From Squalus acanthias (lineage: Eukaryota): a DNA stretch of 64,000 bases. The notes under the pieces were generated by a model, which saw only the letters and a program-made list of their open reading frames with translations, was not told the origin of the DNA and searched no databases. The translations under genes were made by a program, and so were the position numbers. The DNA is taken from assembly GCA_030390025.1 (NCBI GenBank), contig CM059431.1, forward strand, positions 131,008,001 through 131,072,000, read 5' to 3'. The first letter of the stretch is position 1, and each line of letters starts with the position of its first letter. Positions 24,004-37,064 of this stretch are shown in pieces.

Positions 24004-24576
24004 ATAATTTCATTATTCATCTTTATATTAGCTATTTTAATTGTGCTTTAACAAAATTACAAACATACCGTGGATAGAATAGCATTGAACCAACGTTGCT
24101 CTTTGTTTAGTGTCTCCCTCTTCAGTACACTAAATGCTCCATTCACTTTTTCTCTTCTACTTTTGTCTAATTTTAAATAATGTGTCACTATGCTGACTGG
24201 ACTTGATATCATGACATAGAAAAATGTATCATGCCCAAGCAGATTGGCATTTAGTTGTGCACTCATGGTCCACTATTTCATGCCGGGGAAGAATGTGAGT
24301 ACATACTTACATGAATTACCTCTACAATTCAACCATGTTTGCAAAAAATCCTTTTGGAGCATACAAAAAACACAAATAAAAATCACAAATCATTTGATAC
24401 AAACTATTCAAGAAGTGGTAGAAAACATCACTGACTGATATATAATTTTAGTATCTTTTAATTTTCCCTCTGGCCCAAACTATATCTCAGTTTGTTAACA
24501 TGGCAGGAATTGTGTTTTTTTATTAAAATTTTATTTTGCTTGTCCACCATTAAAATATTTCAGGTGGGATAGATTA

Positions 24577-26115
24577 ACATAGAAGATAGGAGCAGGAGTA
24601 GGCCATTCGGCCCCTCGAGCCTGCTCCGCCATTTAATGAGATCATGGCTGATCATCCAAATTCAGTACCCTGTCCCTGCTTTCTCCCCATATTCCTTGAT
24701 CCCCTTAGCCTTAAGAAATATATCTAACTCCTTCTTGAATATATTTAATGAATTGGCCTCAACTGCCTTCTGTGGTAGAGAATTCCACAGGTTCACCACT
24801 CTCTGGGTGAAGAAATTCCTCCTCATCTCAGTCCTAAATGGCTTACCCCTTATCCTTAGACTGTGACCCCTGGTTCTGGACTCCCCCGCCATCGGGAACA
24901 TCCTTCCTGCATCTAGTCTGTCTAGTCCTGTTAGAATTTTATAAGTTTCAATGAGATCCCCTCTCGTTCTTCTAAACTCTAGCGAATATAAGCCTAATTG
25001 ACCCAATCTCTCTTCATACGTCATTCCTGCCATCCCAGGTATCAGTCTGGTGAATCTTTGCTGCACTCCCTCCATGGCAAGAACATCCTTTCTCAGATAA
25101 GGTGACCAAAACTGCGCACAATACTCAAGGTGTGGCCTCACCAAGGCCCTGTACAACTGCAGCAAGACAACCTTGCTCCTGTACTCGAATCCTCTCGCTA
25201 TGAAGGCCAACATACCATTTGCCTTCTTAACCGCCTGCTGCACCTGCATGCTTACCTTCAGCGACTGGTGCACAAGGACACCCAGGTCTCGTTGCACTTC
25301 CCCTTTTCCCAATCTATTGCTGTTCAGATAATAATCTGTCTTCCTGTTTTTGCCACCAAAGTGGATAACCTCGCATTTATCCACATTATACTGCATCTGC
25401 CATGCATCTGCCCAATCACCCAACCTGTCCAAATCATACTGGAATTTCTCTGCATCCTCCTCACAGCACACACGCCCACCCAGCTTTGTGTCATCTGCAA
25501 ACTTGGAGATATTACATCTAGTTCCCTCGTCTAGATCATTAATATATATTGTGAATAGCTGGGGTCCTAGCACTGATCCCTGCGGTACCCCACTAGTCAC
25601 TGCCTGCCATTCGGAAAAAGACCCATTTATTCCAACTCTTTGCTTCCTGTCTGCCAACCAGTTCTCTATCCAAGTCAATACCTTACCCCCAATTCCATGT
25701 GCTTTAACTTTGCACGCTAATCTCTTATGCGGGACCTTATCGAAAGCCTTTTGAAAGTCCAAATACACCACATCCACTGGTTCTCCCTTATCTATTCTAC
25801 CAGTTACATCCTCAAAAAATTCCAGTAGATTAGTCAAGCATGATTTACCTTTTGTAAATCCATGTTGACTTTGTCCGATCCTGTCACTGTTTTCCAAGTG
25901 CTCTGCTATTACATCTTTTATAATGGACTCTAGCATTTTCCCCACTGCCGATGTCAGGCTTACCGGTCTATAATTCCCCATTTTCTCTCTACCACCTTTT
26001 TTAAATAGTGGGGTTACATTAGCTACCCGCCAATCCATGGGAACTGTTCCAGAGTCTATAGAATTTTGGAAGATGACCAGCAATGCATCTACTATTTCTA
26101 GGGCCACTTCCTTAA
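24577..26115 (-). mobile_element. Young 5'-truncated CR1 with uninterrupted RT ORF
   Basis: 488-aa ORF 24662-26128 with NYRPVSL, YLDFQKAFD, SGVPQGS and FADD, plus the CR1 3' UTR hairpin and tail. Confidence 0.95.
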
Positions 26116-26335
26116 CCAATGTCTCCAAATGTCTCCAAATGTTTCCACTTTATCAGATAACAAGGCTGAATTTCCTTAGTAACTAGGACAATTAGTTAGT
26201 GTCTCCCACTTACAAAGGGGAAGCTATTCCTTGCTGCTTAATTAGAAGGTAAAGAATATAGAAAGAAGTTTCAGATTACCTGCCTTCATTTTGATGTGTA
26301 AAAGATTAGAACACATTTCAAGTTTTGATGATAAG

Positions 26336-28235
26336 GACATAAGAAATAAGAGCAGGAGTAGGCCATACAGCCCCTCGAGCCTGCTCCGCCATTCAATAAG
26401 ATCATGGCTGAGCATTGACCTTTCCTGCCCGATCTCCATATCCCTTGATTCCCCTAGAGTCCAAAAATCTATCTATCTCAGCCTTGAATATACTCAAAGA
26501 CTCAGCATTCACAGCCTTCTGGGGCAGATAATTCCAAAGATTCACAACCCTCTGAGTGAAGAAATTCATCCTCATCTTGGTCTTAAATGGTCCACCCATT
26601 ATCCTGAGACTATGCCCCCTAGTTCTAGACACTCCAGCCAGGGGAAACAACCTCTCAGCATTTACCCTGTCAGTCCTCTTCAGAATCTTGTATGTTTCAA
26701 CGAGATCACCTCTCATTCTTCTAAACTCCAGAGAGTATAGGCCCATTCTACAAAATCTCTCATCATAGGACAGCACTCTCATCCCAGGAATCAATCTAGT
26801 GAACCTTCGTTGCACCGCCTCCAAGGCAAGTATATCCTTCCGTAGATAAGGAGATCAAAACTGTACACAGTACTCCAGGTGTGGTCTCACCAAGGCCCTG
26901 TACAATTGTAGCAAGACTTCCTTACCCTTATAATCCAACCCCCTTGCAATAAAGGCCAACATGTAATTTGCCTTCTTTATTGCTTGCTGTACCTGTATGC
27001 TAGCTTTCTGTGTTTCTTGCACGAGGACACAAATTTCTCTGAACACCAACATTTGAAAGTTTCTCACCATTTAAAAAATATTCTGTTTTTCTATTCTTTC
27101 CACCAAAATGAATAACCTCACATTTCACTACATTATACTCCATCTGCCACCTTACTGCCCACTCACTTCGTCCATCTATATCCCTTTGCAGACTCTTTGT
27201 GCTGGATTTTACCTTTCAATGTGGCTTTGGGGTGGGACAGCTGCCTTCTGGGTTCCGATCCCGCCCCCAATGACATCTGACGCACAGACGCTATTTTGAG
27301 CGGGCTTGCCGGCCAATTAAGAGAAAGCTGGTGTCAGATGGCGTCATTTGATGACGCGTCATCTGCCACTTTTCTTAAAGGGGCCACACACAATTTTTTT
27401 TGACAGGTGATTTTTCAGTGTTTGACAGCAAACACTGACAATCACTGTACAAAGGTGAGCCCTTGCACTCAGGCTCTCCAATGACTCCCTCCTTAGGCTA
27501 GAACAAATGGCAGCTGCAGGTGAGGTTACAGAAGCGACCTGTCACTGATGAGAGAGGTTCTCCCAATGAGGTGGGCCTACACAAACACTTCAAAACTTGT
27601 TACCTACAGAAAAGTCTAAATGCATTAAAAATGATTTTTCCAACATTTTCTTACCTCTGAAACTCACCAGTGTACCATTGGATCCTTCACACCACTTCTG
27701 CAGCTGTCATCAATGAAGAAACATTACAGTAGACCCACAGCACGCCACACTTACCCTGGCGTGGTGTCCGGACGTCGGGAAGCCCGCAGTAGACCTGTCA
27801 AAATTGGAAAAAGCCTCTTAACTGCCTATTAACAACCTGTTAAAAAGCAGTTAAGTGCCTATAATCCTCTTCCCGCTGCTAGGGGTCAGGTCCATGTGCA
27901 ATTCGGGGACCCGACACCTGGGAAGATTGTTTGGAGGCAGCTTGACAGCGGGTTCAGGACCTGCTGTCAATCTTTGCAATTTTGCCACTGGTCCCGCCTC
28001 CAAACCCGCCCCCTGAGCGCCAGCAAAATTCCCCCCTTTGTGTTCTCCTCACAGTTTACTGTCCCACCTAGCTTTGTATCATCAGCAAACTTGGATACAT
28101 TACACTCGGTCCCTTCATCTAGGTCATAATATAGATTGTAAATAGCTGAGGCCCCAGCACTGATCCTTGCGGCACCCCACTAGTTACAGCCTGTCAACCT
28201 GAAAATGACCCATTTATCCCTACTCTCTGTTTTCT
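26336..28235 (-). mobile_element. CR1 3' fragment interrupted by a MITE
   Basis: RT C-terminal ORFs 26402-27070. CR1 sequence resumes at 28037. Confidence 0.9.
27199..28036. mobile_element. Harbinger-type MITE (related to 48262-48556)
   Basis: Imperfect TIR gtgctggatttt / aaaattcccccc, TSD TTT inside the CR1. Confidence 0.8.
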
Positions 28236-29058
28236 GATACTTGTATTTGATATTTTGCTGTCTGTGGCACAAATCTGTGAAAAGTTGCACAATGGAACTG
28301 CAGACTACATTAAGCTCTGACATCATCTGGCCCATTACCCAGAATGCAATTGATGATGGGCGAACACTGATGACGATCCGGTGGAAGGTTTGCAGCCTGT
28401 ATTTCTGCACATGGATGGTTCAGAAGACCAAGGCTTGGTTTTGTGAATAACCATTTTATCAATTTTGAAATGGAATTGAATTTCTCGTTCACAAGATTGG
28501 TTTGCAAAGTTTAATCAGAATTTTGACATCATAGTCATAAATAATTAATGCATGTCTATATTTAGATTTGTGAGTATAAAAGCACATTTAGTGCTAACTG
28601 GCCACTAAGTGGGTTCATTTATCTCTGAGCTAACAATGTTCAGATTCACTCCTTTCTAATATCACTGGCAGTATGTTTGCCGGTGGGAGCTGATTAAAAT
28701 AATCTGGAATTTGCCACTAACAACTGGAAATGAGCCCTTGTAGTAAATTTATAACCGAGATAAGCACATCAAATCATGTATTACTTAAATAGTTTTCTTT
28801 AGTGAAGTAGTTTATGAAATGTTTACATTTTGTTGTACCATACAATACCTGAAAGAGGAATATCTAAATAAATTGTTTAAAGACTGTTAATTCACATTAA
28901 AGAAATTTAATATGAAAATATTCTAGAAAAAAGGAGGAAATTAGCCCCAACAGTGTCTTCATTTTTGTTACAGTAAAGCACTGTGAATTCTTTCTTCCAG
29001 TTTTAACAAATATCCTAGTCACAGATCAGCTCACGATTTCCAGGTTCTGAATCACTCC

Positions 29059-29141
29059 AGTGTAATATTCTAATCCAAGTGTAATATTCTAATCCAAGTG
29101 TAATATTCTAATCCAAGTTTAATATTCTAATCCAAGTGTAA
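29059..29141. repeat. 19-bp tandem repeat, ~4.3 copies
   Basis: Unit agtgtaatattctaatcca. Confidence 0.92.
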
Positions 29142-30212
29142 TTGCATATAGCCAATGAATGCTGAGAAGGTTGCGGCTGCTGCTATTCATGTAATTACTC
29201 AACCACAGCAGCTGTTGGTGCGCTGGCTCCATTTAAATAAGGGTGCCGAGAGACACTAATCCAATAGTAACGAATGTTTCTAATTGGCAGTGTTTTTCAG
29301 AATGGTGGCATAGACCAAGCTATCAAGTACCCACTCAAAGACCTAGAAAAGTAGACAACACTGATCAATATTACATAGTAATTCGGTGCAAAGGTAGATG
29401 ACTAGCTTGCCAACAGGAAAAGCTGTTTTGTTATGCATGAGGACAATTAACAATGATGGAACACATTTCAATGTGTTAAAACATTTCTATTTTTAAAGTT
29501 GTATTTGTTAGTGTTTGGCTTCAGATATCAGTGCTTCTCTTAATGTATATTACGTCCATGTAGTTCTTAACACACAGTATTCCACCTGATCTTCACATGG
29601 CACGAGATTCAACCAACAATAAAGCCTTGCGGAGGCAATTAAATGTATTCCTTGTCTAGGTGTGTGCAAAATTCCCTAGTGACATTATTAAAATCCTTGG
29701 AATGGGTATGTGTTTACAATAGTTTACAACACCAGATGGTTCTTCGCAACAAGAGTAATCAAGATATAGAATGGACTTCTAGGCACAGTACTGGAGGTGA
29801 AAACCCTGGAATCATTTAAGCAATAATTGCATCCTGTGATAGGACGACGGTAGATTTTTCTAGAATGATGAGTTAAAATAAACCAAATGGCATTCCTCAT
29901 CCATATTTATCCTGAGAAATTGGTACAAATTTAATTTCAACAGTAGAGGAATAGAAACAACCATTGTGACCTATCTGGCTGGTTCTAAAGTCTAGAAAAT
30001 ATCCTATGAGACCGCTCTAGCAGGTTTATCACTGGGTACTTATCCAATTCTGTTTCAGCAAATTCAAGAATGAGCTCACATTGCCTCACTTGGCAGTCCA
30101 TTCCATATATTCACCATTCTCTGTATAAAGTAGTTAAATCTGAACTGTCTTTGTACCCTCTAAGTTTGAGACTATTTCTCCTGTTGTATAATGTGGCTAT
30201 CTTAGACATATT

Positions 30213-31103
30213 GGCCTAGAAATTGGGGAACGTTGAAAACATGCCGGTAACATCGGCGGCCAAGGAAAACGGCCACCGGCCAAGAGAGCGCATGCAGTAC
30301 CGGTATTTTGGTACTGCCTGCTCATTAACATCAGCGTGGCGGTGATTTTCTAGTTTAACGTGCCCTTTGCCTCTGTCTCCCGCTTGCAGTGTCTTTGCAG
30401 CGCTAATCCCAGTGTAGGGGAACGTGGAAGAAAGGAGAGACCCGAACAGTTGCCGTATGTGCTCCAAAAATAGTAGCTGCCTCCCGATGTTTGTCGATTT
30501 TTTAATAGTTTATGATGTGAATATAGATAAAAGAGATCTTATCAGAGATCATCTTCAATCGTTGCAATGGACTTCACCTGTTGATTTACTGACCGACAAA
30601 CACTGTAGGCCTCCCGGAAAGCTGCTAGAAAATGCAACACCCACCCTGCACCCCGCACCCCCGCCACTGATGGACAAAAAATGAATGTCTAACAGAAGAA
30701 CCTTGGCAAAGGAGGCGTTTGAAGTTCTGGCATCCATCTGAGGTGTTTTCCTCTTGTCAGCGTCCATCCTCGTAAATCCTGCCAGACTCCTCATGGCCGT
30801 TAATGCTGCTGAAACACCTTTTAGCGGCAGCACTCACTGGCGTGATTTAGCGTGGGCGGCAATGCACGCGGAAAACTCCAAAATGGATGTGCTGCTGTCA
30901 ACTCAGTGTTGCACGCCGATTGACGTCAGGCTCCAGCTCATTAAAATACATTTGCCAATGGCAGGCAACGGCAGCGTGGCTGACCTGCCGAAAATGGTGG
31001 CCACCACGGGACCTACCACCAGCTGGCAGAAGAGCGACGGTCGCCGGTTTTTTGACATTTCATGACAGTAATGGGTGGCACAAACCACCTGAATTTCTAG
31101 GCC
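30213..31103. mobile_element. Harbinger-type MITE family C
   Basis: TIR ggcctagaaatt / aatttctaggcc, TSD ATT. Confidence 0.9.
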
Positions 31104-31118
31104 ATTGATGTTTATCTT

Positions 31119-32010
31119 GGGGGAGAAATTCGGTATCGCCTCGTTTGGGGCGCAATTATCAGCTGGGCGCAAAGTTTAGCACCTGGCGCTAATTATCACC
31201 TCTGACTGCAAACTTGGCTTCTATCGCCCCTGGAGGTGATTGGAGCGCTAAATCAGGTGCTTCACACCTCTCTTAAGGCGCTAACGCCGAGGAGCGAGGC
31301 GCTACCTCAGAGCGCTGACGAAGCTCATGTGATGTCAGTCAGCAATGGAACACAGACACACTGGCGCTAGCCAGTTCTTAAAGGGGAGAGTCAATCTTGC
31401 TCTCCATCCACCCCCTGCTCATTGCAGCCTTGAATCTTGGCCTGGAGAGACCTGTACATCAAATCTGCTGGAAAGAACAATGGAGAAGCCCAGGGAAAAA
31501 GCTCAGAGTGCAGCCCCCCAAGTCTCTTCTAAATCGATGCAAGGAAGGTCAAATCAAAATGAACCTGCAAAGTGCTGCTCAGTACCCAAAACTCATTCAC
31601 ACAGCGTTGAATCTCTCCAGAAGTCTCTCTCTCTCTCTCAGAATGCGTGGTGCAAAAATGTCGCCGACAAAAAAAGGCAGGAAGCGGTCGCCTTTAAATA
31701 GCGCTCCCCCAGTCCCTTCCTGACTGCAAAACGCTCCCCTCAACCTGTTGTTGCTAGCGGCAGGCGGTAAGGCAGGGGGCGCCACTCAATATCCGGTCCG
31801 GGGCGCTACCGGGGCATTGCACGCTTGACTGACGTCACGATCTGCGGGCACAGGAGATCGTGGCGGTAGTGTTTAGCGCTGCCACAAAATGTCTGGTCAA
31901 TTTCGCGAGCGGTGCAAAGATCGCCGCGCCCGGGCGCTAGTTGCTTTGCGCCCCATTAGCGCCCTCTTAGGGTGCTAACGGGAGGCGCAAAGCAACCAAA
32001 TTTTTCCCCC
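31119..32010 (-). mobile_element. Complete Harbinger MITE family A (892 bp)
   Basis: TIR gggggagaaatt / aatttttccccc, TSD CTT. Both arms are homologous to the ends of H1. Confidence 0.94.
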
Positions 32011-32879
32011 CTTGTCTTTACCATTTAGGATTTTGGAATACCTCAGTAAGATCTCTCCTGAGCCGTTGCTTCAGTCTAAACAGGCCCAGCTTCTGCAGCC
32101 TCTTCTCATAACTCAGATGCCTAATCCCAGCTATCAATTTAATTGCCCTGTGCTGCACTCTCTCTAATGCCTTTCCTATTATTGTGACACAAATTGTACA
32201 TAGTGGGATCAAACCAGATCACTTCTTTACCGCCCAGGATCCTAGTTGCTATTTTTACTGCTACGACAAACTGTGATGATAACATATCCACCAGTACCGT
32301 CAAATCCCTCTCCTGTGTTGTGCCTGTAGAATATTACTATGTAGCTTGCATTGCTTGTGTTAATTATCCTTTCCCAATCTCATGGCTTTGCATTTGTCCA
32401 CATTAAATTACATCTGCCACTCATCAGCTTAATTGTGGTGTTTCAGAACACTATTAAAAATCATTTTTATTTGCCATAGAAGTGGCTTCATCCAGGCCAG
32501 GTCAACGTGTCTGGTATCAAATTAGTGGACTGTTACAAAATAGGTATTTTCTCAACAAACCAAAAGTGACCAATATTAAATATTCTATCTTAAAGTTCCT
32601 CATACATTTTCCTCCAAAATACAATGTTCTGAGAAAAATAAACAAAATTTGTAGCGTCTTTTAAAGCTTACAGAGATCATGGTCATTTTTTAAATTAAAA
32701 TGGGTAAATTTCACACTGTACAAAATTAACATTAGTTTCTCAGCCCATAACCTTTATTTAGCAGTCAATACGCTGTTATAACCCCAGTTACAGCTAATTC
32801 CTTTGGGTCTGACTTTTAGTGGGGAATTTAACAGCGTAATTACTGCAGAAGAGCTGAAGTTTTCATCAGTTTCCCTGCC

Positions 32880-33380
32880 TTAGAGAGGGTGCAGAAAAGA
32901 TATGCAAGAATGGTTCCAGAGATGAGGGAATTCAGTTACGTGGATAGACTGAAGAAGCTGGGGTTGTTCTCCTTAGAAGCAAAGAAGGTTGAGAGGAGAG
33001 TTGATAGAGGTGTTCAAAATCATGAGGGGTCTGGACAGAGTAGATGGAGAGAAACTGTTCCCATTGGCAGAAGGGTCGAGAACCAGAGGACACAGATTTA
33101 AGGTGATTGGCAAAAGAACCAAAGGTGACATGAGGAAAAACTTTTTTACGCAGTGAGTTGTTGTGATCTGGAATTCACTGCCTGAAAGGGTGGTGGAGGC
33201 AGATTCAATCGTGGCTTTCAAAAGGGAATTAGATAAGTACCTGAAGGAAAAAAAATTGCAGGGCTACGGGGAAAGGGCGGGGGAGTGGGACTAACTGAAG
33301 TGGTCTGGCAGAGAGCCGGCACGGGCTCGACAGGCCGAATTGCCTCCTTCTGTGCTGTAACCATTCAATAATTCTATGAT
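32880..33380 (+). mobile_element. CR1 3' end
   Basis: VQKRYARMVP...LGLFSLE...TRGH, followed by the 3' UTR and an attctatgatt tail. Confidence 0.85.
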
Positions 33381-35428
33381 TTTAGTGATTACACTGATTG
33401 CCGACTCTGTGGGGGGGGGTGGGGTGGGGGGGTGGGCACAGTGCAGCCTGTGTCGGAGCAGTGAATGGCAGACCACAACTTAAGGATTTCTGCATGCACC
33501 AAACCCCAAGTTGCGGTTACTTTCAAACGCGGAATGCCGGTGAACGTTGCCAGTTCGCCGTCATCCGGACCACAAATTCCAGGCCAATATGTTCTTGAAC
33601 CAACAAGAGAGCAGGCCATCTTAGATTTAGTAATGAGTAATGCGCCTGAACTAGTCAATAATCTAACGGTAAATCTAACGGCAGAACAATTAACGCATAA
33701 AACTATGGATGAACAGTGGGAGGTGTTCAAAAAAGTATTTGGTAGAATACAAGACCTGTACATACCCTTAAAGGGCAAGAGCTCTACTTGTGTAATTAAA
33801 TAATTATGGTCAACAAGGGAAGTGAGAGATAGTATAAAACTATTAGAAACAGCTTATACAAAGACAAAGAACTATAGAGATCCTGCGGACTGGGAGAGAT
33901 ATAAAGAACAGCAAAGGGATGCAAAGAAAGTGGTAAAAGCTGTCAAAATGGAATATGAGAAAGAGGTTGCGAGAGATAGCAAGGACAACACTAAAGTTTT
34001 TTACAAATATATTAAGAGAAAGAGGGTGGCTAAGAGTAATGTGGGCCCTTTAATGACAGATGTAGGTGATATTTTAATTGGAAATCTGGAAATGGCAGAC
34101 TTACTAAATAGTTACTTTGTATTCACAGTAGAGGATGAGGATAAAATACCAGAGATACAAAGAAAACTAAAAATAAATCAAGGGGATAAACTAATTAGAT
34201 TCAATATAATTTTTTTAAATGGTGATGGAGAAACTCATGAGATTAAAGGTAGACAAAAGTCCAGGACCTGATGGTTTCCACCCCAGGGTATTAAAAGAAG
34301 TGAGTGAGGAAATTTGTGATGTGCTTGTCATGATCTTCCAAAACTCTCTTGATTCAGGAATTGTCCCCTTGGATTGAAAATTGCCAATATCACTTCATAA
34401 TTTAAGAAGGGTAGAACAGATAAACTAGGAAATTATAAGCCTATTAGTCTAACATCAATTGTGGGGAAGGTACTAGAATCTGTTATTAGGGACAGAGTGA
34501 CTGGGCATTTGGACAAATATGATCTGATCAGAGAGAGCCAGCATGGATTTGTAAAGGGTAAGTCATGTCTAATGAACCTAGTTGAATTTTTTGAGGAGTT
34601 AACTCACGTGGTAGATAAGTTAATGTCTATGGATGTTATTTATATGGACTTCCAGAAGGCATTCAACAAGGTTCCAAATAAGAGACAGTAACAAAAATGG
34701 GAGCGTATGGAATTGGAGGCAACCTATTAGCTTGGATAGGGAATTGGTTGGGAACTAGGAAACATAGGGGCGATTTTCTCACTGGAGGCGGGTTGGAGGC
34801 AGATTTCGGTTTGGGTGGGTTCGAAACTCGCCTCCACTGATAGGTTTGAAAAAATTGCGATTTTTCCCTGATTGGCCAGTTGATTTCAGAGGTGTGGGAT
34901 GCCCTTGGTCAATTAGTGTTTTAGGACTGAAACTCGCCTCTGTTGATATCACTTTTCCAGCCTCATTTAAGGGCTGCTTGCTGCCTTGGATCATTCCACT
35001 GGATTTCTGTCGATGCTGCACCACCTGCAACATATTTTGAGAAACCACTATGTCCAATTCCAAGGCAAGGGCCTCCCCGAGGTTCTCGGATGAAGCGCTG
35101 CAAATGTTGTTTGAGGGGGTGACAGCTAGCAGGGAGGTGCTCTTCCCCTCATCTGGGAGGAAGAGGCCTCCCAAAGAAATCAAAGCTGTGTGGGTCCAGC
35201 TGGCAAGGGATATAACCTCCAGATCTGTGTGCAGATTGGATGAATGTTTATGTGTATTGATGAAATGCCATCCCTGTTGGAAAGCATTAAAATGATTTGA
35301 TGGCAAAATGTTGGTGTCATGGCATCTGTTCTTTCGCCTTAGGCAGCTCCACATTGTGGGCTCCGCGACACTTGCGTTGTCAGGTTGGTGGCCAGAGTGA
35401 AAGGAGGCCAGAGAGTCATGTCCATTGT

Positions 35429-37064
35429 CTATGATGTCTTAAGATGGAGCCAAGGACATGTGCCAACTTGGGCAACCGATGCAACTCTGGCCAGGATAAG
35501 TTCATCCCTTACATCACGGGCAGCCATGTGCTCGCGTGCTGCCGCTGCTGCAGGTCGATAGACCGGCGCTCTGTCCTCCTCCTGCTCCTCCTCGTCCTCC
35601 TCCTCCTCCTCCTGCTCCAGCTCCTCCAGCTCCTCCTCATCCTCCTCCTCCTCCTCCTCCTCATCCTCATCCTCCTCCTGCTCCAGCTCCTCCAGCTCCT
35701 CCTCATCCTCCTCCTCCTCCTCCTCCTCCTCCTCCTCATCCTCATCCTCCTCCTCCTCCTGCTCCAGCTCCTCCAGCTCCTCCTCATCCTCCTCATCCTC
35801 CTCCTCCTCCTCCAGCTCTTCCAGCTCCTCCTCATCCTCCTCCTCCTCATCCTCCTCCTCATCCTCCTCCTCCTCATCCTCATCCTCCTCCTCCTCCTCC
35901 TCCAGCTCCTCCAGCTCCTCCTCCTCCTCATCCTCCTCCTCCTCATCCTCCTCCTCATCCTCCTCATCCTCATCCTCATCTGAGGAGGCCTGGAACTGAG
36001 CCACTTACTCATCAGGAAGCTGCAAGCCACGACGCTGTGCAATGTTGTGCAGTGCACAGTAGACCACGACTATTCTGGAGACCCTGTATGGTGTATACTG
36101 CAGGGCTCCACCTGATCGGTCAAGGCATTGGAAGCGCATCTTCAACAACCCAATGGTTTGCTCGATGATGGACCTGGTCGAAGTGTGGCTGGCGTTGTAG
36201 TGCTCTTCAGCCTCGTTAGCTGGCCTCCTGATCGGCGTAATTAGCCACTTTTTCTGGGGGTAGCCTTTGTCACCAAGGAGCCATCCGTTAACTTCGTTTG
36301 GCAGATTGAAAAGCGGAGGAACACTAGAGTGCCGCAGGATGAAAGAGTCATGGCAACTACCACAGAACTTGGCGCAAACATGCAAAAACTCCTTCTTGTG
36401 GTTACACACCAGCTGTACGTTGAGGGAGTGGAAGCCCTTTCGGTTGACAAAGATAACTGGGTTGTGATGGGGTGCCCTAAAGGCAACATGTGTGCCGTCT
36501 ATGAGGCCCTGCCATATTTGCAAAGCCAACTGAACGCACGGTTATACTTGCTTGATCCCTTGAGAACTGGATGTAATTGTGCACCTTAGCGAAAAGGGCA
36601 TCGGTAACCTGCGTGATGCAACTGTGGGCGGCCGACTGGGAGATGCCGCTGATGTCTGCTGATGATCCCTGGAAAGAGCCTGAGGCAAAGAAGTTGAGTG
36701 CGGTGGTGACTTTGACAGCCACTGGTAAGGGGTGTCCACCCGTTCCTCTAGGCACCAGGTCTTGCTGCAGCAGACCGCAGATCTCTCGGACAAACTCTCG
36801 CGAAAGTTTCAGCCTCCTTTGGCACTGCTGCTCACTCATGTTGAGGTAGCTCATCCTTTGTCTGTAAACCCTCTGTCGGGGGTATCTCCTGTGGCGAGGT
36901 GCCTCGATGCGCTGGCGCCTTCTGCCCTGTGCAGCATCAGGTGGCTGAGCAGGAGGTTGGGGCTCCTGCTGCAGTTGCTGCTGAGCTGCCTGGTTCTGCT
37001 GCTGCCGTGGATGCTCCTCATCCGAATCTGAGGTCCATGGTGAAAGGAAATGAATGGTTCCCAT
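35429..37064 (-). pseudogene. H3 transposase with frameshift, in-frame stop and expanded acidic tract
   Basis: [10 protein letters not shown]..., a frameshift near 36505, GLIDGTH/HDS/LGDKGY, TAA at 36005-36007, then the E/D tract in frame. Confidence 0.9.
35575..35983. repeat. (TCC/TCA)n trinucleotide expansion encoding poly-Glu/Asp
   Basis: About 410 bp of tcc/tca with recurring agctcctcc (EELEELE) blocks. Confidence 0.95.

Noticed and set aside
28236..28520. Coding-looking unique sequence
   Set aside because: Stops in all plausible frames, no recognisable domain and no convincing splice pair.
35444..36168. Poly-Leu, poly-Pro and poly-Arg ORFs
   Set aside because: Alternative frames of the (TCC)n expansion.
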